Assembly (NCBI GenBank): GCA_030141605.1
Contig: JAQGDQ010000970.1
Coordinates: 10,541-74,540, forward strand
Reading direction: 5' to 3'
Length of the DNA: 64,000 nucleotides
DNA from: Tubiluchus corallicola
Lineage: Eukaryota; Animalia; Priapulida
This document shows, one piece after another, positions 1 to 14,050 of this stretch. The notes under the pieces were generated by a model that saw only the letters and a list, made by a program, of their open reading frames with translations, made no database searches and was not told the origin of the DNA. Position 1 is the first letter of the stretch. Each line of letters starts with the position of its first letter. The position numbers and the translations under genes are program-made.

Positions 1-348
1 TGTTAACCCCAGGCTCACAAAAATAAAACTGGCCAGTTCTTGCCAATATTAAACGCTTGTGAAAACGAGACAGGAAAGTACGAACAATAAAAGACTAATT
101 GATCGGATTCATGTTTTATGACTGTGTGTTTATGAAGGGGAAACATGGAAGAATTACATGGCTTATTGGAACTAAAGTAGCAATTCATCTCTTTAAAGAC
201 AAGATATTCTTCATAAAAAGCTTCTGGAGTAAAAAGAAAACAAAATTGATTCTTAGTCAATTTAGCCCAGAGACTGTCTTATGCAGAGCATGAAAAGGCT
301 GCAATAACGTTTGCAACTACTGGTGCTAGGTCACAAGAAAAAACTTAC

Positions 349-475
349 CTAAACAGGACACCATCTTTCGCCATGGCGTAGACGACTCTGGGCATTGGAA
401 ACATGGAACCAAGCATACTGACTGTCAGAGCGGCAATTGCACCTGCAGCTACAATGTACTTTGCCGTGTATGCAC
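349..475 (-). CDS. SLC7A14: SLC7A14-like coding exon 6
   Basis: tag| acceptor and |gtaagt donor; encodes [41 protein letters not shown]. Confidence 0.93.
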
Positions 476-3400
476 CTAAACGTTAAATTTACTATAGTCA
501 TGGCTATCGTCATTTTCACAACCATCGTTGCTAGCACTGCCGCTACTGCTACCAGTGTGCTTCCCACTGCCAATAATACTGACTGCCGTTATAACAGATT
601 GTGAGTAGGAAGCCTAAATGGCTTAGGTGTCAAATATTTTTATTATACATATTACAATGAGTTCCCTACTGATGTAACTGAAAATCTGTCAGAGGATAAT
701 AAACAATTTCTACTACTATATAATCATCATCATCATCAGCAGCAGCAGCAGCAGCGCTGATATAGGTACCGCTACTACAGCCGTACTTGCCATCGTCATA
801 TCATCATCATATCATCACCATCATCGTTGTCATCATCATCATCATTGTGATCGCCATCATTATGATCATCGTCATCAACATGGCTATCACACTATCATGC
901 TATTATTATGGTCATAATTTTCATCATCTCCATTTCAACAATCATAATGGGCACTCCTATTATCATCTTCACTGTCACCGTCATCATTGTCGCCAACGCA
1001 CGTTTACCGCTTTCTAGGCACACTTTGGGCTTTTACAACGTCGTGGGCCCAGTGCACCATTTTTACTTACCATGTGCAGCAAACATTTCCATCAAAGGTG
1101 CTTCGTCAGAAATATCATAATAAGGTACAACAGAGGTGAGAATGATAGAAGATACCACGTAAGCAAACATTGCGATAAACATAGAGAGAATGATGGCGAT
1201 GGGGATGGACTTTGTGGGGTTGTTTGCTTCCTCCCCCGTTGTTGCAATGATGTCAAATCCAATGAAGGCGTAGAAGCAGATGGCAGCACCAGAAAAAACC
1301 TGAAAACAAACATTTCTATCACCACTGTACAAATTTGCCAGAACTAACTCAAAAATTCCTGTACAAAAACTTGGTTAGAGGTTTAGATTTTATGTTTAAT
1401 AGTGTCCAAACCCATTTTAGAAGAAATTTTGCAAAAAAATAGAACCGAGAGCCGATCGACTACTTTCAATGGGTTGCTCTGCAGGTGGCACGTTTTCTTA
1501 CCAAGGAAAATTTCCGAGATTTCAATGATACCAGTTCAATGCAAAAAAATGTAAAGACGTTTCTAGTTTTTAAACTACTCCTAAGACGCCTAACAATGCT
1601 AATATGTTCAATGTTTTAATCCACCAATTTTCAATTCATTTGAAATCAAAATTTATAGAATCGTACGTATTGTATAGGTTAGTCTATATTGATCCACAAA
1701 AATTGAAAAATAATTCCTTTGTACCATCACTTACTAACTTTAAATTCTAACCTTACGTTAGCGTAGCTTTTCTGAAATCTGAAGTACCAGTGCAAAGTGT
1801 TAAAAACTAGTTGTTTTCAGGCTCACTTTTACAACTTTGGTGAAAATGGGATTTAATAGACGGTGCGAGAAGCATTTCTTTAGCTTTGTTCGTAAATTAA
1901 GCTTGTTGCACGCAAATACGAGGAATAAAACCAGGTATATACGTATTTACAGGAACCACTCAAAGTGTAAAAAGAATTCAGTTTTAACTCAATACACTGT
2001 ATTAAATTTTGATGATCCGAAAGTTAATTATTGCCAGTACATTAGCTTTCAAACGTTCTGGGCTTATCCTTTCCTCCCACAACAGTTTCCTCTTATTATA
2101 TTCGCCTACAATGCAGGTTTACACAGTAATTTTTACCTGTCATCTGTCATCTGCACTATCATAATAGGCTGCCCACCTACGAGAGCTGCATGCAAACTTA
2201 AGCAGCTGCAGATTCTTGTCTGATTTAAATGCAACGGATATTACTTAAATATTTGTCTTAATTCTCCTCCAACATTCTACTGTTTGACAGAGGTGTGTGC
2301 TTGGCATGCTGTAATTATACAGGATCTTCACGTCGTCAATATTTGAATTATGGTTAATTGTTAAACCATCTTCTATGAAATAGGTGAAAAACTCCACCTT
2401 CTAAAACAAAAACTAGCCGCGCCATAATTTCCCCGAAAAAAAACAAATAATTACTTACGCCCTTCCACCCATAAGGCAAAAATCCGATAGATAACCAGTT
2501 ATTCTTAAAATCTGCGTAAAAGAAACCTGCTCCACATATGAAAATGAAGATGGTGACACTGGCTGTATTGAGTAGATTATTAAGAAGAACAGATTTTTTT
2601 ACTCCTATTGTCAAAACACCGGTCATGACCAAGCAGATGCAGAATGCAACTATATCTGGAGGCGAACCTAAAAATGAAGGGAATGAAAATTTTGAGATAT
2701 GGTAGTAATTTAAATATAAACATGAGAACGTAATATTTTATTTTTAAAAGTTTTACAATAAAAACAAAGAATTTCATTGTGTGCTAAGCGAGATATGTTA
2801 CATCTTTGATTATAACAACTAAATGTCAGTTACAGTCAAGGCTGGCAGCACGGTACGGTGCGAAAAAATATCGTACTTCGTACCTATAAAAAATAACGTA
2901 CCGCAATTCCTTACCGTACCTACAAAATCGATTCCTACCGTAATTTCGTACAAAATTTCGTACCAAGTTCATGTAGGATTTACTATAAAAAGACAAAGAG
3001 TAGCATAAAAATTAATCGTAAAAACATTTGCCAATACAAAACAATTATAGCTGCTATAGTCATTAAGTACTTTGACCACATGTGTTAGGTCGGCACGTCC
3101 CGAACTTCTCTTTGTCGGCAAAGCAAACGTTTAACTCGGGTGATATGCAGTGATTAAATCGCTACTGTTTTGCAAAGATCGGCAAAGTTCTAAGTATATA
3201 TTTTGAAATGTTCTTGCTTCAACAGAATCTGTATGACTTGAGATGTGCAGTAAATTACTACACAATAGCTAGAAATAGCAGTTAAGACAACGGCGTTATA
3301 TGAATTGGTGTCAAGCATGGGAAGCAAGCTGTAAACAAATATAAATGTAATTTACGAGAAATGACAACTCTAGCATTCAAAAAACAACTTGTGGCTTTGC

Positions 3401-6029
3401 AGTTTGCACTCAAAAGGAACCAATTTAGCGGTTTTGTTTGCGTGTGCTCCGCATTAATTAGGGGAGAACAGTAAGTCCCACTTAGGAGTAACGTAACTTT
3501 TTAAATAAGTCGCCATACTGAGTTGCTGACCAATAGAAACGTTACAAGAAACTGGGGATAAATGATACGGAAAAGTACGATAAAGGTACGAAAAAGATGC
3601 GAAAAAATACCGTAATTTCGTACCGTACTTTTAAGCATTTTTTTCGTACCGTACTGTACTGCCTCGGTTACAAGGGCACTGTCACTGACACTTAAATGTC
3701 AGATAACCATGTGAATATAGTTTAATTATGTTGACGTTACTATCTACTGCACATTACTGCAAAACGTACAACAATTTCTTTAGTAATTAACATTAATTTA
3801 GGTGCATTAAACAATTTAAAAGACAGATAAGCTTTGGTTAAAAGTATTTGTTTTTAACAAACTATTTACAATATGAAAAGATTGTTGAATAATATGAAAA
3901 AATATGAAAACAAAAAATCTATTAATTTATATGCGAAAAGGAATAAAAAACCAAGCAAATGAGCTGCAGTGAGGAACAGTCTTTGTCATGAAACAAAAAT
4001 ATGGTAATGACCTTATCAATATCGTCATTATTTATCAATAGAGTTTCCAAGTTTTTTTGATAATCTTTACAACAATATGATTTATTGTTAATAAGGGAAA
4101 ACAAAATATGTTTAAACTGCTAAGAATTTTAATAATGTTCGCTTGATTAACAGTTTTACTATTTATCAATCTTTGTCAGTAAGATTTCCTGATTAATAAA
4201 ACTGAAGCTTGAAAATTTGAACATTTGTCAGAAATAAAAAGTGTTGTACCTATAACAGGAATGGTACCCAAATCTTTGGATATTGTTGTTGTTATTTCTT
4301 TCTTGCTCAATGAGTCAAATGTCGCACTAAGTGCTGCCGCACAGGCAGCTGTACCAATCAAATACTCCAGAACCATATTCCAACCAATGAAGAAAGCTAT
4401 AAACTCTCCGACTGTTACGTAGCTGTACATGTAAGCAGATCCGCTAGTATTGGGAACTCGTACGCCAAATTCAGCATAACAAGCACCTAAAATGTGGTTG
4501 TGTTAGTCTACGAAAAGTAGAGACGTTTTGACAGTAACTGCAGATATAAGTTAGTCATAGATCTTTAACTTGAAAATAATTACAGCACTTTTAACGTTCA
4601 AATCATAACATTTTTATGTACTGCAAAAACCCACGTGGATGAGTGAGCGACTTCTCACCCACCCTATTTTTTTTCTTTGCCGTTGCTTCATCTTCCCTTA
4701 CTCTGACCTGACGACAACGAAGACGACGATGATTACGACAGTGAAGAGTCCGATAAACAAAGAGAAAGTTTAATAAAATAGTTTAGCACTTTCTTATGCG
4801 ATTCGGTATTCCCTAAGCTACCGGCACTCACCGGCAAGGGTTACTTTTAACTTACTTAATGCGGATGGTTGCACAGAGACCAGAACCTTGCTCATTGTTG
4901 GGAGCACGCACCTAATTGGCTTAATAGTAGTTGGTTACCTCGAAGCTTCCCTCTTTTTTAGTTTCGTATGCCTATGCAGGTGCACAGTGAAGACTGGTGC
5001 ACGTCAGGTACGAAAGTGGTAAGCACGTGATTTAAGACATTTCAGTCTGTGTGTTGCTGCTCCTAATCGTCCTCCATGAGCACTGCTATCCGTACCTAGA
5101 GCAGTTCTTACGGTTGTATTACATGTATAGGTACGGCATGTTTTAGAAGCAAATTGGTAATCTTTTGTCTTTTCTTTCTTGCTTGTTATTCTTATTTTTC
5201 GGAAGTTCCGACACAGTTGGTTTGTGTCGCCGACTACTCCTGCTGCTAATGGAAACCAGTGAGCCCGTATATGCAGAATACTGGTTTTGTCACTAATTTT
5301 GGTCTTAATTACGGTAGAAGTTCGCAACAATGTTGTAGCTAATTCCCCGAGATGAGACGTTGAACAGACAGAGGTGGCTTAGCAACATTAGCATATGTAC
5401 ACGTCATTTCTCAGGGAAGGAAATAGTCTGAGATGGAACTGCCTAAAATAAGTTTTCCCGGAACGACAGAAATACACTAAAACAAGATGGCGAAACATGA
5501 AACATACCTGATAAAATAGAGGCAATTGCAGCGATAATGAAAGAGAAGATTACACCTGGTCCTGCCACTTCTTTCGCCACCATTCCAGCAACAACAAACA
5601 TACCTGTGCCTACGCAACTTCCTGCACCTGAAGAGATAATTGATTGTGTAATATAATCGAGTCTTTTGTTGAATTCTGTCAGGAAAATTATCTGATTCTT
5701 GCGGTAAAACCGCGTTAACAGTGAAGAATTGTTTAATTAAAGTTTAATTATAAGCTAATTACAGAAACAGCTAGAAATTGTTGATGGTTATAATTCTTAT
5801 GGTGTTAAAATAGAATATCAAGTTTGATCATCAACATGGCAGTTGTTACTGCAGGCTGTTAGCAACAAACATTACCCAGAGATATCAAATCTATTGTTGT
5901 AAGGCATTTTTTGAGTTGTGAAGTTTTATCTCCCGTATCTTGCTCAACCGGATCGCCTTGTATCTTGTGCAGTCGAAACAGCTTCCGGACAAATCGTTTT
6001 GCCTTCTCGGTTTTTGTGTGTTCTTGCAT
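349..6029 (-). CDS. SLC7A14: Cationic amino acid transporter, SLC7A14-like (APC superfamily); 5' six coding exons, gene continues beyond left edge
   Basis: Exons 6029-5876, 5627-5508, 4486-4250, 2667-2459, 1299-1071 and 475-349 all have GT-AG boundaries with compatible phases (1,1,1,0,1,2). The spliced protein contains [110 protein letters not shown] and [19 protein letters not shown]. From recall these motifs match SLC7A14 more closely than CAT-1/2/3. Confidence 0.93.
720..1000. repeat. Degenerate (CAT)n/(CAG)n trinucleotide tract
   Basis: Visible catcatcat and cagcag runs in a transporter intron. Confidence 0.8.
1071..1299 (-). CDS. SLC7A14: SLC7A14-like coding exon 5
   Basis: cag| acceptor and |gtaagt donor; encodes [33 protein letters not shown]...PLMEMFAAH. 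Confidence 0.94.
2459..2667 (-). CDS. SLC7A14: SLC7A14-like coding exon 4
   Basis: tag| acceptor and |gtaagt donor; encodes [30 protein letters not shown]...FLPYGWKG. Confidence 0.92.
2837..3666. mobile_element. Non-autonomous DNA transposon, hAT-like, in a SLC7A14 intron
   Basis: Imperfect TIR ggcagcacggtacggtgcgaaaaaa / ttttttcgtaccgtactgtactgcc, subterminal cgtac repeats, and flanking 8-mers gttacagt / gttacaag consistent with a decayed 8-bp TSD. Confidence 0.6.
4250..4486 (-). CDS. SLC7A14: SLC7A14-like coding exon 3
   Basis: 237 nt, phase 1-1; encodes [47 protein letters not shown]... Confidence 0.93.
5508..5627 (-). CDS. SLC7A14: SLC7A14-like coding exon 2
   Basis: cag| acceptor and |gtatg donor; encodes [39 protein letters not shown]. 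Confidence 0.92.
5876..6029 (-). CDS. SLC7A14: SLC7A14-like coding exon 1 ([52 protein letters not shown])
   Basis: ATG at 6029, donor G|gtaatg at 5875; includes the typical LKKCLTT-DL-SLG motif. Confidence 0.85.
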
Positions 6030-8234
6030 TTTAGCTCTAAAAATGTTGCATCAGGTATCACATTTCAGACATTATACATGTACAGAAAAACCTAGAATCT
6101 TGTCGTTGCACTGGAAGTTTTCATCGCAATCATGGAACTGCAAAAAGTTTTTATTTTACCAGAAATCAATATAATAGTTAGTTTTCCATATCCAACCTTT
6201 TCGTTTATTCACAATAATATTTTCTAGCCGTAACTATAAAACATGGTAGTTTATATTAACTATATTTTCGCCGTTTCTTTATAAAATTAAGTTTTAACCT
6301 TCTGACAATCTATGTTGTGCACAGGACTGCGATTTCGTTGTTGTGCCTACTATGGCAAGTTTTTTTACTAAAAGAAAAATCGATCGCCGAAGAGTTGAAT
6401 CGATTTAAATCGAATTAATTTATTTTGTCATTGAATATTGTGCTTCTCGCAGTGTACACAAAAATCAAACCTGGGGAAAGTAATGTAAGAAGATTATGAT
6501 ACACTACAACGGGATGCCCAGGAGGTAAGTTTACCATTATCAACTGATATTAAGGTTGAGTATTTTGATGACAACGTATTAACTAGAAAAGTTCCCTATG
6601 ATAATACACGATTTAATATTAAAGTAAAAATAGTTAAATATATAGAAAGGATATTTGTAGATCTTTTGGCCTTCGCAAAAGACGCGCAGAAAACCTTCGT
6701 TTTCGTTCTTCCACTTGCACTAATAATTCAATTTTTGCCTCAGTGTAAATAAAAAGAAATAGATTATAGCCTACACAATTAATCACTCTGGATTGGTCTT
6801 TTTCTTTATCGGGGAAACGCGGTAAAAGAGGATGTATTGTGTATCATTTAGCCTGTTAGGACAAAATTACATAAATAGAGTTAGACCCAGAAATAAGTCA
6901 AAGAAAATAATAAAATTGAAAGGATAGGGACATGTTAGGAATAGTTGAAATTAAAATGTTCTCTCAGTAAATTTGTACTTTCCGAATAGAATAACCTAAA
7001 ATCCAAAACAAGATTGCTATGGAGGCAAAAATCAGAGCGGCTGAAGTATATAATTACATGAAAGTGTAATTCGCTGAATTAAGTTAATGACAGTGACAAA
7101 TGATGACAGTGATCAAAGATTTACTGAATCTGTGCAAAACTTATATTGTATGCGTAGACAGAGAAACTGCATGAAAGATAGGCAAATTATGTTTATCTGG
7201 GCGGATTGAATTTACATTTGTGTTGTTGTAGCTGTCAGCGTGCTGTTCATGTGTTGTCTTTTATGACACACGCAACGCACATAATGCCTTCTAAATAAAT
7301 TTCTAAAATGCATGAATACGACGGCTAACACGCAAACGTTTCTAATAGATTTTACACGAACCTAACAAACTCTTGGGGCTAATGTTCATTAGAATTTTAT
7401 TGCACTTGCTTTATAATAAAATATAATAAACGTATGTTTCGCAAATCAACATATAGCCCCGTAAAGACTGTATTAAGAGCCTTGGAGGCGAAGTTAGCAA
7501 ATGCATAAAAACGATTGTACAATCGCGGCTGATAGAGACGACACGAACTAGTTAAAATAATTTAACCTAACCTAATCTAAACATGTATCAATCTATCGGG
7601 GAAGAAAGTATACATTTCAACAACGCACCTACTGCATGCGAATGGACCGCTAATCTTCTTATTTGTGTAAAACAGAACTCAACAGAAAAGCATAACAAAT
7701 GAAGTCCATCGCGAATATGCTAGGCTTTTACGTTATACCTCGAGTTTTCAGCATCAGTCAGATGTGAGCTGAGCTTAAAATGTTACGTGGAAACCCCTAA
7801 GCTCAGTGCACAACCTAGACTTTTATAACTTATGCACGCCAAGGTTATATTTTGACGCTCTAGTAACTAGAAAGTGTAATAATTGAATTTATAGAGAATA
7901 TATGTTAAAATAAGTATCCTTGAAGCCGATTCTGCATTCATTGAATAGGTACCACGATGCACCTTAGAGAGATAATGTCCCTATAATATTGCAATATTAA
8001 AAATGCATGTTTTCGACGCATCGACGTGGTTTACTTTAACTTTAACTTTTAGGAATCGGTTTGATTGCAGCAGCAGTAATTGCAGCATACTGGCAAATTA
8101 AAATTCTAAGATTTTGGTTTAGATTCGTCAAGTCAAACCTAATCCAATGATGATTAAACTTTTTTTAATGACCATTAGTGAGATGAGAGTGAAATTATGC
8201 TAAAATGTGCAATGAATGTACGAAAATCACACGT

Positions 8235-8365
8235 AATGCTGCTACTGCTATTGTCGTTGTCGTCGTTGTTGTTGTTGCTGCTGCTGCCGTTGTCGTCGTT
8301 GTTGCTGTTACTGCTGCTGCCGTTGTCGTTGTTGCTTCTGCACATAATGATGACGATGATGATTG
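8235..8365. repeat. (CTG/TTG/TCG)n trinucleotide tract
   Basis: Directly visible. Confidence 0.85.
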
Positions 8366-8600
8366 TAATAAATAATTTGGAACATGTTTCTTCAAGAAAG
8401 CGGAGTGTGATGTGGAATTCGCGCATATATAATGAAATGATATAGTAGACAAATCAATAACGTTTTGCAAATACAGGCTAGCTACATTAATGTTTACCCT
8501 CTTTGTAGACGCAAGCACATTCATGTATTAGATTCCCTCTGCTACAAATGAAGTGCTAAAAAGTAGAGAAATAGATTTATATTGTGTGAAGGAGAGCAAC

Positions 8601-9090
<490 letters not shown>

Positions 9091-12000
9091 AAGACGTAGT
9101 CTCGATTGCACATTAATCCAACTTAATTCCACTTTAGTTTTATGGCCGGTAAAACATAAATATTCCTCGTACGTTCGATAAACCGGCGTACATGGAGATG
9201 ACTGGTTTGACATTTACTAGCAGTTTTACATCTAACACCGCTTTACGTTATTATTATGTCATGCGTAAGATTCAGATAACAAATACTTAGTTTTATTTAA
9301 TTAAATAAAATAATGGCATGGAAAAGTTGACACTTGCTTTTTACCATTAAAGATTGAGTCAGTTAGCTTTTCGCAAGGATGTGACCCCTTTCCGGTTCCT
9401 GTGTTTTTAACGGTTTTCTGGTAGTTTTTTTAAGAAATTTTTGTTAGACTCATAACCTTTAAGAAACAATTGCAAGAGAGTTGAGCGCATTAATACAGAA
9501 AGCGCTAAATCATGTGATGTGCGTCCTTCTAAAATATAAATTTAACAAAAGACTTTGTTTACCTTACTCATCAAATCCAGTTTCCTGAATCATGCGTTTA
9601 CCTTCCTGAATTTAATGTTGGGCATGCAGAATACAGTTAATATAGTTTTGTTAATACAGGTTACACTTACGCTCTTGTGTGTTTTATAGAAAAAATAATA
9701 TGGCATTTTCGTAGATGTTTTTAGACTACATTAGATATCGTTATTTCAGCCACATGAAAACATTACATTACACGACAACAAAGTACTACAATAAAAACTA
9801 CACTAAAATACTACTATATACAATATAGACAGTAAATAAACGTTCATATATATATATATATACCACGTTCGACGATTGGTATTTACAAAACTTCTATAGT
9901 ATTGCTCCACATCTTAAAATAACGACATGTATAATTCATATGGAGTCTATAATTCAAAAGTTCTAGGTTTCCTACAAACGCGCAAAAAATGTGGCAATGT
10001 GATACATGTATTAAAATTCTGTTTTATCTATTTTAACAACAAAAATTCTCAATATTGAATGCATTATGCAGGTTGTCAAAGATGGCTTTCCCTCCGCATT
10101 ACGTTTATTGCAAATGTCGAAAGGCTATAAACGTAGCGAAACCGCTGCGTCTTGAGATGTATCACGCATGAAAAAATACCAACGTCAAATTCTCAGAAGG
10201 AAACTGCAAGTAATAATTTTCTAATATATCCAGTTCTTCACATCCTGATGGCTTCTGTGTAATAATATAGACAACTATGAGAGTCTGCAGCTTGGTCTGT
10301 ATAAGCTAATAACACTGATGAGATCTCATGACAATAAAAATAAGGTCTTACGTGTCTGGCATTTTATTTTGCACCCTCGTGAGTTAATAAATGCGACCTC
10401 AGAAACGCAGTCGTGAATTAATCGTAAAAAGTTTTGTAAACGTTGATTCTTGTTCCAAAAACTTTACAAATAACTTCCGTTTCTAACGTTTTATAAAGGC
10501 AATCACAACATAAACAAGCAGAATACAACTGTAAGTGTATTTCCATTATTTGTCTTAAAGGTAATAATAAGGCTGAAATTTGTTGTAATATATAAGAACC
10601 ATCAAGACAAAATTACAGTTGAAGCCCAAAAGGCAGCAGATAAACGCCTGCAACACGCAAGAGCTAGAGATTTAGCTTCCAAGCTTACTTTAAATCGCCA
10701 CATGTTACAGTCTTTAGGGAAATCACCTGACTATCATCTGACGTTATAGCTAATTATTTTCAACGGCAACAAAATCTTAATTGTAGTCTGTCTGCCATCC
10801 TTCCTTCTACAGTTTGTTTGCAGAAATGAAGTTGCTGAAAAGGTACTTGCAACGTCATCAAATGGCTGTATAGTTAACTGTAAAAATCATATCCATGTTC
10901 ATTTCTTTAAGATATGGTAGTTAACAGTTAGTAAATGCTGAGACATGTGATGTTGCTAACGCACAGTTCCTTGTGATTTTTCTATATTTACTAAGTTATA
11001 CATAATTAGATGAATAGATAACGGTTCTGGGAGGGATAGAGGTGTTTCTATCGATAAAGGACAGATTTAGGGTGCAGTACTTGGCGCTATCAATTTTTGC
11101 CGCAATAGTGACAGTAAATTTATTTATAAATTTCGTAATAATTGTGTACGTAATAATTGTTAGGTGATAGTGAAATATGACGAAAAACCATATGTATATG
11201 TTCAAGTGTTCAGTCATTAAGTTATAATATGACGTTAGTTGCATAACAAACAATAGCTCTGCCTTGAGCAAAATGTAGAATTACTGTGTCTCATCATTAT
11301 ATACCGGCACAATAATATTATTTGCCGTTTTGTTGATGGTTGGGGATGTGCTGATTTATATTCAGAGCTTTTTATACCAATGTCCTCCAATAAAATGCAA
11401 CGATTACGAAAATTATGCTTTATCTCAGTCCTTGTTGCAAAAATAAGATAAGTGGAATCGGTCCGGAGTATTTTATACACGACGACGGATGTACTGAGCA
11501 TCTGTATTCAGTTTCTGAGTTTGCAAGATGAAATTTTATTGTAACACAGGCACAAAATGACGTAAAAATTATGCTGTGACGCCACGCTACTAAAAACAAG
11601 GTGTTTACTTTGTAATTGAACATAAATCTTGAGTGTTCAGTATACAGATGGCGGATATTGTCAGACGAAGAGCTTGGCCGTGAGAATAAATAGCGCTTGA
11701 GAGCAATTTTCCTTAAATAATCTTGATTTAGATGACTTCACTGATGTCGCCGATTATTTTTTGTTGCTTGATTGCGAGATAAAATATGCAGCTAATACAG
11801 CTCTCGAGATTGTGATTAGAAACAATAGCGAGTTAGCGTATTTGGAAACTGTGCGACAAATGCTAGTACAGTTGGCTTGCCGTCAACTTCCTAGAACCTA
11901 ACGTGTGCAAAATAAGGAAGCTAAATTTTGACTTTTAGAGAAAGAAGGTCAAGTGCAATTATCTAATATGATCATATACAAATTACCGCCTGTTACAATC

Positions 12001-13369
12001 GTCCAGGTTTGTCTACTGGTGTTTTTTTAGTTTGTTATGTGTTACGCTACCCTTGTTGCCTTTACTACCTGTGTTATCGTAGAAACAGGAACAATGTTGA
12101 GCGGCTAACTTAGAAAATTGTCGCGAGCCTCGCTTTGTTACTGGATTAGGTGCATCATCAACCTACGAATGACTACGCTCAACTGTGTGCCTGAATCACA
12201 GGGACAGAATCAAGTAGATCCCTTTCGGAAAATAATAAACACAGTGCATCAGGAGCAATTACAAAATGTACAAGGCACAAAACATGAAAATCAAAAGCAC
12301 AAAAATTCACACAATAAAAACACTACAATCATCAGCCTATCAATTACATAATTACAGAAACTTCCAGAACATTATAGAAAGACCCTATGGTGTACAGACA
12401 AGTACTAGACAATTTTGCAGTGCTACAGGTACAGATAGTAGTCTAGAAGGTACGAGACTGTTTTAGATCTTTCTACACACTACCCGCAAATAGGTATGTG
12501 TGGCCAAACCCAGACAGCAACAAAGCGAGGCACGTAACAACTTTTTAAGTTAACCCCTTAACATTGTTCATATTTCCACGAATAACAAGGGCAGCGTTTT
12601 TGACTTTTCCTTCTCGCTCTTGATGTCACTTAATGACCGTTGACGATACTTGATACTAATTAGTACTCAAGCTGATGATACTAGTAACCAGTTACTCCAT
12701 CAGTAGACACAATAATTTCGGATAACTGTATAGTATAAAGTATGCAGATAATTCTGCTGTCTTCGTCCATTACGTCTGTTTGTTTTTTGAAACCTACAAT
12801 AATAATAATATTTTTGCTTCCAGCTGTAAAAAACAGAAATGCATCATGAGTAACAACTTCTTACTCGGTATAGTAAATATACGGTGGTGGTGGTGGTATA
12901 TTTGTAACGTAGACGTAGTTTATATAGCCTTCGAGTAAGACTTGTCTGATTGACTAAAGCCTGAGTTCAGTCACGAGCGCTACTCTGTTGATGTTACACT
13001 GATAGTTAGAATAAACATTGTGCAGATCAAATATGGAGGATAATTAAATTCATTTATGTAAACTACGTATAGACTTAATTCCGGATGCACACGTAAAACT
13101 AACAAACTGAAGTCAAATTTTGTGAGCCCAAGGGCCAAAAACAGGACAGGAATAATAATTATCAAAACTGTAGCAGTAGACTAAAAATTTAAATTTTGTT
13201 GAGACAAAGCTGCAGAGATACGTTAATAGATTTAGGACGTTCGCCGAATATTCTACCTGCTAACCGGCTATCAACAAATAACCAGCTAATCGTCTACCGA
13301 GCCAACAGATCAGTTAATTGATCAGCTGGTCGGTATTCTGATAGCTAGCTGGTCAGCCAGACAATCAGT

Positions 13370-14050
13370 GAATTATTTATGACTGCATGACTAGAACGAA
13401 TGAGTGAGTAAATAAATAAATAAATGAATCTGCAAATGTGTGAAGTAATAAATGAATGAATAAGTAAGAGGGCTAGTCAACGAAAGAACAAATAAATGAG
13501 CAAGCATAGAAACAATCGAACGCTCATAGATACAAACAAATTATCAAAGAGCAAATAATATATCAAAGAGGATAAGTAAACGAATAAATAAACAAGCAAA
13601 GGAACAAGTGAGTGAATGGTTAAATTAACAAAAAAGCGCGTAAACAAAACATATAAAATGGATAAACAAGCAAAAAATTGCACAAGTAAACAAGTGAATG
13701 AGTAATCAAAGTGAATGAAGAACAACCAAAAATAAACAACTGACTGATTGAGTAATTAACGACTGACTGCCTGGCTGGTTGCCTGGTTTACTGACTCATA
13801 GACTTGCTGATTGACAGTTTGATTTATTGACCGACTGACTGACTGATTGAATAAATAAGTGATGGACGGTATGAATAATGAACAAATGAATAATGAATGA
13901 ATAAATGAGTGAGTGAGTGAATAAATGAATGAACGAACGAAAAATAAATGGACGACTAAATGAATGAACGAACAAATGAACAATACAAAGGAATGAAAGA
14001 ATGAGCGAAAGAAAAACGAATAAATGAGTGAATGAATTGATGTATGAAAA
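13370..14050. repeat. Degenerate tetranucleotide low-complexity tract (GAAT/AAAT/ACAA/GACT)
   Basis: Directly visible. Confidence 0.8.
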
